From NCBI GenBank assembly GCA_965198005.1, contig CBDAOI010000004.1, positions 1,088,001-1,152,000 of the forward strand: 64,000 bases of DNA, read 5' to 3'. Shown here one piece after another: positions 33,717 through 43,757 of the stretch (its first letter is position 1; the number at the start of each line of letters is the position of its first letter). Position numbers and translations under genes: made by a program. Under the pieces are notes generated by a model. It was not told where the DNA came from, ran no database searches, and was given only the letters and a program-made list of their open reading frames with translations. This DNA is from Spirochaetia bacterium. Lineage in GTDB: Bacteria > Spirochaetota > Spirochaetia > SZUA-6 > Bin103.

Positions 33717-34175
33717 ACGATGCCCGCGGTCGTGGTGACCGGAGCCCGGCAGACTGGTAGTGCGGGCTCTCGTCATCCCGGCGCGGGTGGGGACAGGAAC
33801 TGACGCGCCGAGCGGGAAAGAACAGCTGCGCAAGCAGGGACGGCACCCTCGGTTCGAGACCGTTCTCCCGCAGGCTCGCGGCCCAGGAATCGAGATAATC
33901 CGCGACCGTGCGGTTGGCGGCGGCGTCCCACAGGTTCAGTCGTGCGCAGTCGCGCCACGGGGGGCGCTGATCCGCATCTGGTAGGGCCGATGGCGGCCAA
34001 ACACTCGCGGGGCCTGGGCGCCACGGAGCGACGTGGATCGGGGCCTCCGGAGCTGCTCCGAAGCCATCCAGCAGGACGCCGGCTGCCGATGCCAGCACGC
34101 CATGTACGCCCTTGAGGCTGGTGGCGCCCCAGTTGCCATTCCGGACCACCAGCACTGGGGCGGTCTGCTGGGCCA

Positions 34176-34556
34176 TCATTCCTCCCCGCTCACCTTGGGT
34201 GATGCAGGCAGCGTGCCCCGGGCACCGGACGCTTCGTCCCGCAGCATGCGCCGGAAGTCGCCGAGGTCACGGCAGATCCAGCCGGCAGCCTCGAACCGGG
34301 AGCGCTGTTGCGCGGGGAACTGCGGCGCAAAGAGCGCGAACTGGTGCTGCCACCCCGCAAAGCGTCGGCCGACGTCGGTGGCCAGGAAGCGGCCTACGTG
34401 GTCGCGGAAGGAGCGCACCGATTGCGCGTCGTGGCGGTCGGGATTGCGCTTGCAGGAGCCGAAGCGCACCCGCCGATGCTCCGCGTTCCAGGCGATGAAG
34501 TCGATCTCCACCGCTTCCCGTTGCCGTTGCGGCCGGTTCCAGAAGCCGGCGACGAG
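34176..34556 (-). pseudogene. C-terminal fragment of a DUF234-like ATPase-associated nuclease domain
   Basis: GFWNR....EIDFIA.......FGSCKR pattern; 5' part replaced by an IS4 fragment. Confidence 0.5.
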
Positions 34557-34559
34557 ATG

Positions 34560-35120
34560 GGCAAGACCGGAGCGCTGTGGCGCATCCACTGGAGCGTATG
34601 CCTGCCGTCGCTGGCGTGCGACTTTTTCAGGTTGACGCCGACCGAGGGGCCGGGCACCGGCGGTCAGCTCATCGTACGCGTCAATACCGGTGCGCTGGGG
34701 CTGCGCACAACCCAGGGTGAGCCGTTCGACCTGCTCGCCGCGGTCAGTTCGCTGAAGCGTGCCGGCGCCATCAGGTCGTGGACAACGCAGGTGGTGATCA
34801 ACGATGACAGAGCACAACCGGCCAGAACCGTACCCGGTCGAGTGTGCGCGCTGCGCAAGTCGGCAGCAGCGATCAAGCTGGCGCACCGCAAAGTCCACCA
34901 GGAAGCAGCACGCAGGGGTAAGCGGACGCAAGCGGACACGCTGAGGTTTGCCGAGTACGTGATCGTGTTCACCACCTTTCCGGCGGCGACCTTCAGTGCC
35001 GCCGAGATTCCGGAGTGGTATCGCCTACGCTGGCAGATGGAGTTGGTGTTCAAACGGTTCAAATCGTTGGCGCAGTTGGGCCACCTGCCGAACTACGACG
35101 ACGACAGCGCCAAAGCGTGG
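34560..35120 (+). mobile_element. IS4-family transposase fragment (internally deleted)
   Basis: YVIVFTT...EWYRLRWQMELVFKRFKSL (YREK motif); DRGY region absent. Confidence 0.8.
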
Positions 35121-35149
35121 TGGGCTCGCCGACTCGACAGGTCCTGGTG

Positions 35150-35232
35150 CGCCACGTTGACGATCGTGGTGTACAGTTTCAACATGCTGGGCGACGCCCT
35201 GCGCGATTTGCTCGATCCGCGCCTGCGCGGCA
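35150..35232 (+). pseudogene. 3' fragment of dppC-like permease
   Basis: LTIVVYSFNMLGDALRDLLDPRLRG, near-identical to 43468-43541. Confidence 0.85.
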
Positions 35233-35248
35233 GCGCCGGGCGCACGGC

Positions 35249-35326
35249 ATGGCGCGCGAGTTGCATCAGCCGCACGACAACCTGTTCCGCAAAGTGTTCT
35301 CCGAGGAGGCCGAGGCGGCCGGCTGA
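35249..35326 (+). pseudogene. N-terminal remnant of Rpn/YhgA-like nuclease
   Basis: MARELHQPHDNLFRKVFS (PHD..F motif) followed by a stop. Confidence 0.55.
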
Positions 35327-35443
35327 GGTAGCTTGGTTCAAGCACCGACGGGTAGCGAGGGAGCCAATCCTGACGGCGGCGGAGGTCGCGGAGGCGACGG
35401 GCCCGGATTCGTGCCCGTGAAACAGCCAGAGAACGGCGTGACT

Positions 35444-35662
35444 ATGAAGAAGGAAGCTGACAGAGCCGGCGCCGACGACTTGCGCGAGGAGTACGACTTC
35501 TCGCGTGGAGTCCGGGGTAAATACGCCCAGCGATACTCCGAGGGTACCAACATCATCATCCTCGATGCGGACGTCGCCAAGGTGTTTCGTGACTCGGAGT
35601 CGGTAAACAAAGCTCTGCGCGCACTGGTGGAAGTGGCGAACAAGACGGCAGCGGGTAGCTGA
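35444..35662 (+). CDS. BrnA-like antitoxin, preceded by the last codons of a BrnT-like toxin
   Basis: DLREEYDFS.GVRGKY...LD.DVA..F.DSESVN.ALRAL; an overlapping upstream frame ends RETARERRDYEEGS*. Confidence 0.7.
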   Translation: MKKEADRAGADDLREEYDFSRGVRGKYAQRYSEGTNIIILDADVAKVFRDSESVNKALRALVEVANKTAAGS

Positions 35663-35942
35663 CTATCGCTGGACTTCGGCCGTCGGGACGACACGAGCGC
35701 GGCGTGCGGCTTGGCGATGCCGGTGCCCGTATCACGGGCACGGCTCCTAAGAAACAACAGTTTCTTACATGACCACGCCGGGCCCCGCCCGGTGGGAAGC
35801 TCCTCACTGAACCGTTTGTCCAATGCGATTCCGAGCATCCGGCCGCTCGGGGCGGGGTCCACGAGGGCGACCAGTTCCACACCGGGATGGGTTGCGTACC
35901 ACGCAATGTGATTGTAGACGCCGGCACCGCCGTCTGACGCGG

Positions 35943-37694
35943 TTACCTCCGCACGGCATCGTAGAACACCATCTCCCAGCCGTGGAACACCGCGATCAGG
36001 CCGATGAAGCGCACCCCCGGGAACTGCCGCGCCAGCCGCTCCTCCGCCAGATACCGCTCGAGTTGCGCCGTCGCCTCTCCGACCGCCGCCGCCACGCCGG
36101 CCTCGTTCGCCGACTCGCTGCGCTTCAGGTACTTGAGCTCGATCAGGTAGCCCCGCTGCAGGTGCGGATAGCGCGCCACCAGCGGCTCCAGGCAGATGTC
36201 CGCGTGTCCCTTTCCCAGCTCCGCCTCCGAGCGGAACACGTAGTAGTCGGTCACGCTCAGATAGGCGGCCAGAAACCCCTGGATCACCTTCTCCCCGCCG
36301 ATGTAGTCGCGAATCCCCGTCTGCCGCGCGATAGCGTCGCTCAGGAACTCGAACGCCGGCCGCCATTCGCCCCGGTTGGCCATCCCCATCATCAACTGCT
36401 CGAACCGGAACAGATTGACCGAGAACACCCCCACGTCGCGGTAGCCATCGCGCAGGAAGCCGTACATCAACCGCTTCACGGTCTGGTTCGGGATCGCCAG
36501 CCGGGGCACGCGATCCACCACGTCGCGGATGCTCAACAGCCCGAAGTAGTGCAGCAGGGAGAGAAAGTTCTCCGGCTTGGTGAGGTCGTTCAGCGGAAAG
36601 CCGGGCTGGATGCGGGTGTCCACCTGCTCCTCGCCGATCACGTCCCGCAGCAGGTCGAAGTTGCCGTTGAGCTGCCGGCCGGTCACCAGCAAATGGCGCA
36701 GCTTGCCGTAGTCGATGCGCACGTTGGTGTCGATCAGGTAGGTCGGCACATCTCGATTCGGAATAGAATGCTTCAGGTAGTAGAGCACCATGTCGGTGTT
36801 GTACAGATCGGTCTCGGCTTCCTCGGCGAAGCGGTAGCCGTTGTACCACTGGCCCATGATGCCCATGGCGGTCGCGACCTCCTGGTTGAACACGCCCAGC
36901 TCCCGGTAGGTCTCGACCAGGTGCCGCACCTCCGCCTCGGTGAAGCCGACCATCTCGTTGAAGTCGGGCTCCAGGCTGATGTTGGTGCCGATGTTGAAGC
37001 CGCTGGTCACGTCGTCCATCGTGATCGGCGACACGCCGGTGATGAACAGCCGCTCCAGACCGCCGCCGGTGCGCCCCGCCCCGGACTTCAGGGTGGCGAA
37101 GAAGTTGCGGTAGAAGCCACCGCCGTGGGTAAAGGAGTGGTACGCCTCGGCGCCGTGGTACGCGAGCACGGTGTTGGCGAAGTTGTCGTACTCGTCGATC
37201 AGCACGTACAGCGGGATGTCATGGTCGCCCGCGTACCGGAACAGCTCGGATAGCTTGGTGGCGATGGAGGGCGGCGCCAGGATCCGCCGCCGCGCCGCTT
37301 CGGGAAACAGGTCGGGATGCCGCTCCAGCGTGCCCCGGAGCGCTATGAGGCAGTAGGTCTCGAACTCCCGCTCCAGGGTGTCGAGCGCGTCGTTGACGGT
37401 TGAAAAGTCGAAGCGCAGGGTTACGTAGCGGCTTTGTTCCCCGGTCGGGTCCTGCCCGATGTCGGTGGCGGCGAAGGTGGCGTCGAAGTCGCCGGCCCAG
37501 AAGCGGTCATAGTAGTTCTCCAGCAGCGACACCCACAGCGACTTGCCGAAGCGGCGCGGGCGGATCAGAAAGGCGTAGCGCTCCTCCTCCAGACGCCGCA
37601 GGAAGCGGGTCTTGTCGACGTACAGCCACCGGTTCCGGCGGATGCGCTGAAAGTCGGCCTCGCCGTAGGGGATGCGCGGGTGGTCGGATGGCAT
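35943..37694 (-). CDS. AAA-ATPase-like plus PD-(D/E)XK_9 nuclease domain protein
   Basis: IPYG..DF..IR....YVDKT, RPRRFGKSL, LIDEYDNF, FITGVSP, WYNGY, IPN, G.ADI...IELKY. Confidence 0.9.
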   Translation of the reverse strand: MPSDHPRIPYGEADFQRIRRNRWLYVDKTRFLRRLEEERYAFLIRPRRFGKSLWVSLLENYYDRFWAGDFDATFAATDIGQDPTGEQSRYVTLRFDFSTVNDALDTLEREFETYCLIALRGTLERHPDLFPEAARRRILAPPSIATKLSELFRYAGDHDIPLYVLIDEYDNFANTVLAYHGAEAYHSFTHGGGFYRNFFATLKSGAGRTGGGLERLFITGVSPITMDDVTSGFNIGTNISLEPDFNEMVGFTEAEVRHLVETYRELGVFNQEVATAMGIMGQWYNGYRFAEEAETDLYNTDMVLYYLKHSIPNRDVPTYLIDTNVRIDYGKLRHLLVTGRQLNGNFDLLRDVIGEEQVDTRIQPGFPLNDLTKPENFLSLLHYFGLLSIRDVVDRVPRLAIPNQTVKRLMYGFLRDGYRDVGVFSVNLFRFEQLMMGMANRGEWRPAFEFLSDAIARQTGIRDYIGGEKVIQGFLAAYLSVTDYYVFRSEAELGKGHADICLEPLVARYPHLQRGYLIELKYLKRSESANEAGVAAAVGEATAQLERYLAEERLARQFPGVRFIGLIAVFHGWEMVFYDAVRR

Positions 37695-37809
37695 GATCAC
37701 TGCGGTACCCTGGACGCTGACTCTATCGTTTCCAAGGCGCGTGAAGCAATGGAGCGCGGTAGTCTCGGTAGTCTCCTTGTCGGATCCATCGGGACGGCAG
37801 CGAGCAACG

Positions 37810-37988
37810 ACCTCGTAGACGTGCGTGAGCAGCCGTGCCCAGGCCTCGCGACATCCGCTGGCGTCGGGATGGTCGGGCTCCGAGGGTATGGAGTCATACT
37901 CCAGCGCGCGGCGCAACGGGGTCGGCACCGTGCGCGTTCTGCGCCCGACCTCCAGGACTGCGCCGTCGGGAGCGTGGGTCACCAGCAC
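37810..37988 (-). pseudogene. Fused remnants of a DUF222/HNH gene and an IS91-like transposase C-terminus
   Basis: DG.VLEVGRRTRTVP.PLRRALE (DUF222-HNH) joined to AWARLL..VYEV (IS91-type tail). Confidence 0.5.
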
Positions 37989-38000
37989 ACGGCCGGCGGC

Positions 38001-38295
38001 GCCGGCGCTGCCGGCCGTTCAGACTCCCGGCTGCGCCGGCCACCAGCCACAGGTGGCACACCGCCTCGCGTGGCGTGGTGAACGCGGTCCCGACGCCCAT
38101 CGGGCGGCCGGCGTATGCACGCGTTCAAAGAAGGAAGGGATGACGCCCCGCACCGGATACGACTAATGCCCGAGCGGCCAGCTTCCGACTCGGCACCCGA
38201 GGATCTGCCGCCCTCGCTTTCCGGTTGCCTGCGACTGCGCAGGGCTACCGCGGGAGTGGGCGAGGGGCCGGCAGTGAGGCAAGAGGAGACATCTC
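38001..38295 (+). repeat. Conserved structured leader upstream of SBP gene, copy A
   Basis: Collinear near-identity with 44781-45110; several hairpins; ends GAGGAGACATCTC-ATG. Confidence 0.85.
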
Positions 38296-39230
38296 ATGAG
38301 ATACGTTCCATTCAGAAAGTGCCTCGCGGTACTGTCCGTGCTGGTCCTGACCGCAACCGGCCTCTGGGCCGCTGGCGAGGAGGAGCCGGCAGCCGCCGCC
38401 GACAAGAAGTATGTGACCGACCCCACCACCGGCAAGGTGGTAGTGGCGCCGGGCGCTCGAGCATATGCTCGGACTGGACGTGCCCGTCCACGTGCAGTAT
38501 GCACGCTGGATTGGAGGCGTCCTCCGGCACGGCAGCCTCGGCCACTCCCTGCTTGGCAGCCGTGGAGCGGTGGAGGAGAAGATAATCGACCGGCTGCCGG
38601 TAACTCATCGGGCTGGCCATAGCGCTGCCGGTCGGCATCTATTCGGCGATGCGCCAGGATACCGCCGCCGACTACGTGGGGCGTTCGGTCGCCATCATCG
38701 GCCTGGCAACGCCCAACTTCTGGCTGGCGACCATGGTCGTGCTCTACCCGTCACTCTGGTGGGCGTGGTCGCCGCCGTTGAATTGGGTTCCTTTCACTGA
38801 AGACCCGCTGGGGAATCTCGGCATCCTCATCATTCCCAGCCTGATTCTGGGCACGGGTCTGGCGGCCGTCACCATGCGCATGACGCGCACCATGATGCTG
38901 GAGGTGCTCCGGCAGGACTACATCCGCACCGCCTGGTCGAAGGGTCTCAGGGAGCGGGGGGTCGTCATGCGCCACGCCGTCAAGAACGCCCTGATCCCGG
39001 TGGTGTCGCTGATCGGCCTGCAGTTGCCGATCCTGATAGGTGGCTCGGTCATCATGGAGACCATCTTCAGCCTGCCGGGATTGGGTCTTCTCATGCTGAC
39101 TGCGCTGGAAAATCGAGACTACCCGGTGGTCTCCGGGGTCAACCTGGTTTTCGCCACCGCGGTGGTGCTGTTCAATCTCCTGATCGACCTGCTCTACACT
39201 TGGCTGGACCCGAGGGTGCGGTATGACTGA
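38296..39230 (+). pseudogene. Chimera: dppA-like SBP N-terminus fused at ~38451 to a frameshifted dppB-like permease
   Basis: MRYVPFRKC...VTDPTTGKVVVAP, then LEHMLGLDVPVHVQYARWIG ... RMTRTMMLEVLRQDYIRTA ... LDPRVRY. Confidence 0.85.
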
Positions 39231-39320
39231 CGCGCGGGGGCCGTTTGCCGATTTCTTCGGCAGGTTGTGGCGGCAGAAGCCCCTGGGCATCGCCAGCGGG
39301 GTCGTCATCGTGATCCTGAT
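39223..39320 (+). pseudogene. dppC-like permease 5' fragment interrupted by a transposon
   Basis: FADFFGRLWRQKPLG...IVILI, homologous to the starts of 47943 and 62469. Confidence 0.8.
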
Positions 39321-39432
39321 TGTTGCCGGCCAGCCGCCGTTTCCAAACCGTGCCAAGCAGGATTGCCGCAGCGCGCCTGGCACTGATGCCGGGCGGCCGC
39401 CAGCGGGGAGTGCCGCCGACGGCTGGTGGAGG

Positions 39433-40230
39433 TTAGCTGTCGAGTTCATCGGTAACGATGTTGGTGGAGTCGATGATGCTGATGTCGTTGACGACGGCGT
39501 GCAGGATGGAGCGATAGCAGACGGCGTTGACCAGGCGCGGAACGCCGCCGGCGTGGCGGTGAATGTCAGCTTTGGCATCATCGGCGAAGATCGAGGCAGG
39601 GCGGCCACAGCGGACGGTGTGGTGGTCGATGTAGCGACAGGTCTCCTCCAGAGCCATGGCCGGCATGTGATAGGAGATACGGATGCGCTGGCGCAAGGAA
39701 GCGAAGGAAGCATATCTGAGCAACTCGCGCAGCTCGGGTTGGCCGGCGAGGACGAAGGTGATGGAGTTTTTGGTGTCGAAGGCGAAGTTGACCATGTTCT
39801 TGATGGCCGTCAGGGCGGTGGCCGCAAGGTCCTGAGCATCGTCGAGGATGACTAGTGGTTTCTTGGTCAGCTCGGGGATGGTCTTGAAGAACAGCTGCTT
39901 GGCCTGGCCGGCGAAGAACGGCGGATCGATCTTCAACTCATCGAGGATCGCCTTGTAGAGCTGGGCTTCCGAGAGGCCGGCAGCGCGGACGTAGAGGGGG
40001 CGGTAGCGGTTGCCGTCGAGTTCGCTGACGAAGGCGGCGAGGGCGACCGACTTGCCGCAACCGATAGGGCCGGTGAGGAGCAGGATATCCTCGTCGGCGA
40101 CGCCGAAGGAGAGGCGGGAGAGCGCCTCCTGATGGGCGGTGGAGGGGAACGTGTCGGCGGGCTGGAGGTGCTTGCCGAACGGCAGGCGGGAGAAGCCGAA
40201 GAAGGAGAGGACGTGATCATGCATCTGCAT
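39433..40230 (-). CDS. ExeA/TniB-like AAA ATPase (transposition helper)
   Basis: FGFSRLPFGK, Walker A GPIGCGKS, Walker B ILDDAQ, LAGQPEL, RQRI, G.PRLVN; AAGGAG RBS. Confidence 0.9.
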   Translation of the reverse strand: MQMHDHVLSFFGFSRLPFGKHLQPADTFPSTAHQEALSRLSFGVADEDILLLTGPIGCGKSVALAAFVSELDGNRYRPLYVRAAGLSEAQLYKAILDELKIDPPFFAGQAKQLFFKTIPELTKKPLVILDDAQDLAATALTAIKNMVNFAFDTKNSITFVLAGQPELRELLRYASFASLRQRIRISYHMPAMALEETCRYIDHHTVRCGRPASIFADDAKADIHRHAGGVPRLVNAVCYRSILHAVVNDISIIDSTNIVTDELDS

Positions 40231-41620
40231 CGTGGTGCTCCTTGGGGGTAGTGCGGAACTGGCTGAACGAAGTCTGGTTGCGGTCGCGGAGCTGGGCGTG
40301 GTGCTGCTCGCGCAGGCGGGTGAAGTAGTCCCGGGCGGCGGCCGACACCTCGGGCGGCTTGGCGCGGGACTCCTCGGGGACCGCCGGCACCTGTGTGGTG
40401 ACCTGTTTGGAGGCGCTGGTGGTCTCCAGCAGGCCGCCGCCGGGGTCGTAGATGGCCAGCTGGGCGAGGTCGTAGGGGTCGAAGCGGACCTCGACGACGC
40501 TGCCATGGGGGACGCTGGTGATGGGGTATTGGTTGCCGTGCAGCTTGATCCTGCCGTACTTGGTGACGGTGCGCCGTTCGCGCCACAGGAACAGGGCGTT
40601 GAAGGTCTCCAGATCGGTGATCCGGCGGTGGTCGGCGGGCAGCCCGTCGCGGAAACGTGCATCTGGACTCTGGCCGGTGGCTGAGTGGACGCGGACGTTG
40701 TATTCCAGATCCATCCAGGCCCAGAAGGCGGAGTTCAGTTCATCGAGAGTACGCATCCCGGCGACTTGGGCCTCACGTTGGAACTGGTTCTTGATGATCT
40801 TGTTGAGCGCCTCGACTTTCCCCTTGCAATAGCTTTGATAGGGCGGGTGGCGCACTCGTTTGACCTGTAACTCGACCAGGATGGCCATCATGTGGCGCGA
40901 GATGTAAACTTTTCCGTTGTCGACGTAGCACCGAACCGGCACGCCGTAACGCAGGACGCAATAGCGGAAGCTGTCCATCAGGGCGGGCAGCTTCTCGTCG
41001 AAATAGTACTTGCCGAACAGGATTTTGCGGGAGAAGTCGTCGATCCAGAGGAACAGGTAGGTTTTCTTGCGGCCTTGGGGGGTGTTGAGCCAGATGCCGT
41101 CGCGGGCGTCGGCCTGCAGGAGGGCCAGGGAGTGCGGTGCCTCGAACGAGCGGTAGGAGCTGCGCGAGTCTTCAGCGAGCATGCGGTAGCGGACCTGTTG
41201 GGTGAGACCCTGCTCGGCCAGGAAGCGGTAGATGGTGCGATCTGAGATGCGGTTGATCTTGCTGCCCAACTGATCGTCGGCGGCGAGCAGCTTGCGCAGT
41301 TGAGGGATGCTCCTGGTGGGCAGCTCGTTGACCAGATCGAGGAGCTTGGCGCGCAGCCCAGGATCGTGGACGCGAGGCGAGGTGGGCCGCGGCCGGTAGA
41401 ACAGCAGCCCCCGGGGGCCCTTCTTGCGGTAGCGGTGGAGATAGCCTCGGATGGTGCGCCCGCCAACCCGATGCTGCTCACAGTAGCGGCGGCGTTCAGC
41501 GCGTTTGTCGGCGTTCCCGATGTGCGGGTCGAGCAGCATCTCGACCAAGCGCAGGCGTTCGTCAAACGCCTCCATGGCCGCGTCCGGGATCTGCTCCCAA
41601 GGGAAGTCGGGGCCGCTCAT
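40217..41620 (-). CDS. DDE-type integrase/transposase with Mu-like C-terminal domain
   Basis: N-terminal HTH, LLQAD, IDDFSR, YVDNG, KGKVEAL, YN.RVHSATG, R.V.K.G.I...G..Y, RFDPYDL. Confidence 0.93.
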   Translation of the reverse strand: MSGPDFPWEQIPDAAMEAFDERLRLVEMLLDPHIGNADKRAERRRYCEQHRVGGRTIRGYLHRYRKKGPRGLLFYRPRPTSPRVHDPGLRAKLLDLVNELPTRSIPQLRKLLAADDQLGSKINRISDRTIYRFLAEQGLTQQVRYRMLAEDSRSSYRSFEAPHSLALLQADARDGIWLNTPQGRKKTYLFLWIDDFSRKILFGKYYFDEKLPALMDSFRYCVLRYGVPVRCYVDNGKVYISRHMMAILVELQVKRVRHPPYQSYCKGKVEALNKIIKNQFQREAQVAGMRTLDELNSAFWAWMDLEYNVRVHSATGQSPDARFRDGLPADHRRITDLETFNALFLWRERRTVTKYGRIKLHGNQYPITSVPHGSVVEVRFDPYDLAQLAIYDPGGGLLETTSASKQVTTQVPAVPEESRAKPPEVSAAARDYFTRLREQHHAQLRDRNQTSFSQFRTTPKEHHDADA

Positions 41621-42210
41621 TCGAGGTCCTCGCGCTCGCCGACGACGGCCCGCCGGCACAGCCAATCGCGGTACTCGCTGGTGAGCTCGTCGAGGGACAG
41701 GCGCGGCTGCTCAGCGTACAGCTCACGCAGGCGCTCGACCTCCTCGGCGAGCTTCTGCAGCAGCACCTCGCCGGCTACCTCCAGGTGGTGTGAATCGATC
41801 TGCTGCCACGGCTCGGGAGTGAGGAACAACTCCAGCACCCAGTCACAGAGAAACTGCAACCGGTCGCCGATCAGCTGCAGCAGCTGGGAGAGTTCATCGA
41901 ACCCGCCCAGCACGCACTGGGGAGCATCGATGAGCTGGCTCAGAATGTTCTCCCGCACCAGCGCCGCCTGGCGGCTGAAGATCGACCCCCGGGTGTGGTC
42001 GGCGTGCAGCAACGCCGTCGCATCGCTGCTGCGGTAGCCAGCCAGGGCACGCCACAGATCGCGCTCATCGGCGCTCCTGCGCCGGCAATGCTCCAGCAAC
42101 CAGTCGCGGCGGCGTGGCGGTGGCGTCGGTTCGGTCAAGATCCGATGAAAGAGCAGCAGCAGCTCTTCCAGCTGCGCCAAACGGTCGGGGGAAACCAGTA
42201 GTTGATCCAC
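41617..42210 (-). CDS. Hypothetical helical protein inside the transposon
   Basis: 197-aa ORF with AGGAGG RBS; ATGA overlap with the transposase. Confidence 0.65.
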   Translation of the reverse strand: MDQLLVSPDRLAQLEELLLLFHRILTEPTPPPRRRDWLLEHCRRRSADERDLWRALAGYRSSDATALLHADHTRGSIFSRQAALVRENILSQLIDAPQCVLGGFDELSQLLQLIGDRLQFLCDWVLELFLTPEPWQQIDSHHLEVAGEVLLQKLAEEVERLRELYAEQPRLSLDELTSEYRDWLCRRAVVGEREDLE

Positions 42211-42235
42211 TTTGATGCCTCCTGAGGGTGGATGC

Positions 42236-42907
42236 TTAAGTGGTATCGAACCAACAGCCGCCTCGAAATACTAGACTCAATGGAAGCGGCGGGGGGCTCC
42301 GGGCGCGCTCCGCGACGTAGGCGAGGTGAACGCAGCCGACAACGGTGAACGCTACGGTGATACCGAGCGCGGCCTGTCTGGCCTTCTCCAGCGCGGCCAC
42401 TGAGCGCCGCAACTGCGCCAGCGCACCTTCGCCCACGCGCACCGGTGGCAAGGCGGTGAACGGCGCCAGCTCGGCCACCCACTCGTTCACCTCCAGCAGC
42501 ATCGCTGCGATGGTGTCGTCCACCCACAGCAGATGACGCGCTATGGTGCGCTCACAGGCGCTGCCGATCACCGCGTAGGCGTGGGCACGCGCGCTGCCGG
42601 CCGTGGGGTGCTTCTTCCGCAGCTCGAGCACCAGGTCGAGCCTGATGTTGCACTCGGGAATCACAAACCACGGCAGCATGCGTTTGGTGTACTGGGTGCC
42701 CGCTTCCCGCGCCCGCTCACAGATGATCACCACGATCAGGTGTTGGTGATTACTGCCGTCGGTGCACCGCACCAGGCGTTTGCAGTAGCAATGAATCACC
42801 ACCGCATGGCTCTCCCCGCACAGCACGCAGGGACGCTTGCCGCCTTCTCTGATCAGGGATTGGCGGTAGGCTTGAAAGTCGAAGCCGTCTAGTTTAGGAT
42901 GATCCAG
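42236..42907 (-). CDS. DUF6431-like zinc-ribbon protein (start uncertain: CTG 42907 or GTG 42826)
   Basis: PCVLCG...H....R...IIC...T.R.LP.F..P pattern; first gene of the element. Confidence 0.6.
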   Translation of the reverse strand: MDHPKLDGFDFQAYRQSLIREGGKRPCVLCGESHAVVIHCYCKRLVRCTDGSNHQHLIVVIICERAREAGTQYTKRMLPWFVIPECNIRLDLVLELRKKHPTAGSARAHAYAVIGSACERTIARHLLWVDDTIAAMLLEVNEWVAELAPFTALPPVRVGEGALAQLRRSVAALEKARQAALGITVAFTVVGCVHLAYVAERARSPPPLPLSLVFRGGCWFDTT

Positions 42908-43059
42908 CTTTTAGGTGGGGGTCACCGTTGTACCCGGAGTAAGTACTGGCGGTGGCCCCTATCTTTTTTCGTGATCTCCGGAACGCTTCCCGGGCGAACC
43001 TATCCTACCCCCACTGGCGGATTTGTCCACATCCCGGAAATCTCACCTGGCGGGCAACC

Positions 43060-43581
43060 TGGATGGCGTTCCCGGGACTGCTGCTGTTGCTCACGATCAT
43101 GTCCGTCGCGGGGCAGGGTCTGCCGCAGATCATCGTGGTGCTCGGGATCGCGGGCGGCGTGGGCGGCTCGCGCGTGGTCAGAGGCGCGGTGGTGGCCACC
43201 AAGGGCAACGACTTTTTTCTGGCCGCCCGGGCGGTGGGCGCGCCGACGCGACAGGTCCTGGTGCGCCACGTCCTGCCCAATATCGTGGCGCCCTTGATCA
43301 TCGTCTTCAGCATCAACGTCGGCGGTGTCATCCTGGCGGAGGCGTCGTTGAGCTTTCTGGGGTTCGGGCTGCCGATCCAGGTGCCGAGCTGGGGCGGGAT
43401 GCTGAGCCGGGAAGGGCGGCGGTTCATGGAGCAGGCGCCGCATCTGGCGCTGTGGCCCGGGCTATTCCTGACGATCGTGGTGTACAGTTTCAACATGTTG
43501 GGCGACGCCATGCGCGACCTGCTCGATCCGCGCCTGCGCGGCGGCGGCCGTCTCGGTGCCGGTGACGCCGGCCGATCCTGA
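43060..43581 (+). pseudogene. dppC-like permease 3' part
   Basis: WMAFPGLLLLL...RHVLPN...EASLSFLGFG...GDAMRDLLDPRLR. Confidence 0.88.
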
Positions 43582-43757
43582 CCAAGGCCGCTCTCCAGCG
43601 GTTCATCTTCCGCGCATCTGCTTCGACCAAGCTAAGGCCTGAACGTTGCGGGAGGCGGTACGGCGCTCAAGAGCTGGCTGCCGTGAACGGGTTCGGCAAG
43701 TCGAGAGGCGACCACGTTCAATCCTTCTGCCTGGTGTCGTCCAGCAACACTTGCGGT

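Larger units (their letters stand above)
39321..43058 (-). mobile_element. ~3.7-kb four-gene transposon (zinc-ribbon DUF6431-like, unknown, DDE transposase, ExeA-like ATPase)
   Basis: Left end TGTTGCCGGCCAG vs right end CTGGCGGGCAAC (imperfect IR); subterminal CTGGCGG repeats; flanked by the two parts of a dppC gene. Confidence 0.8.

Noticed and set aside
34308-35420. 370-aa transposase-permease fusion protein
   Set aside because: Chance read-through of three unrelated fragments
35943-37988. 681-aa fusion of HNH-associated, transposase and AAA domains
   Set aside because: The first ~98 codons are unrelated remnants that happen to be in frame; the family N-terminus starts at 37694
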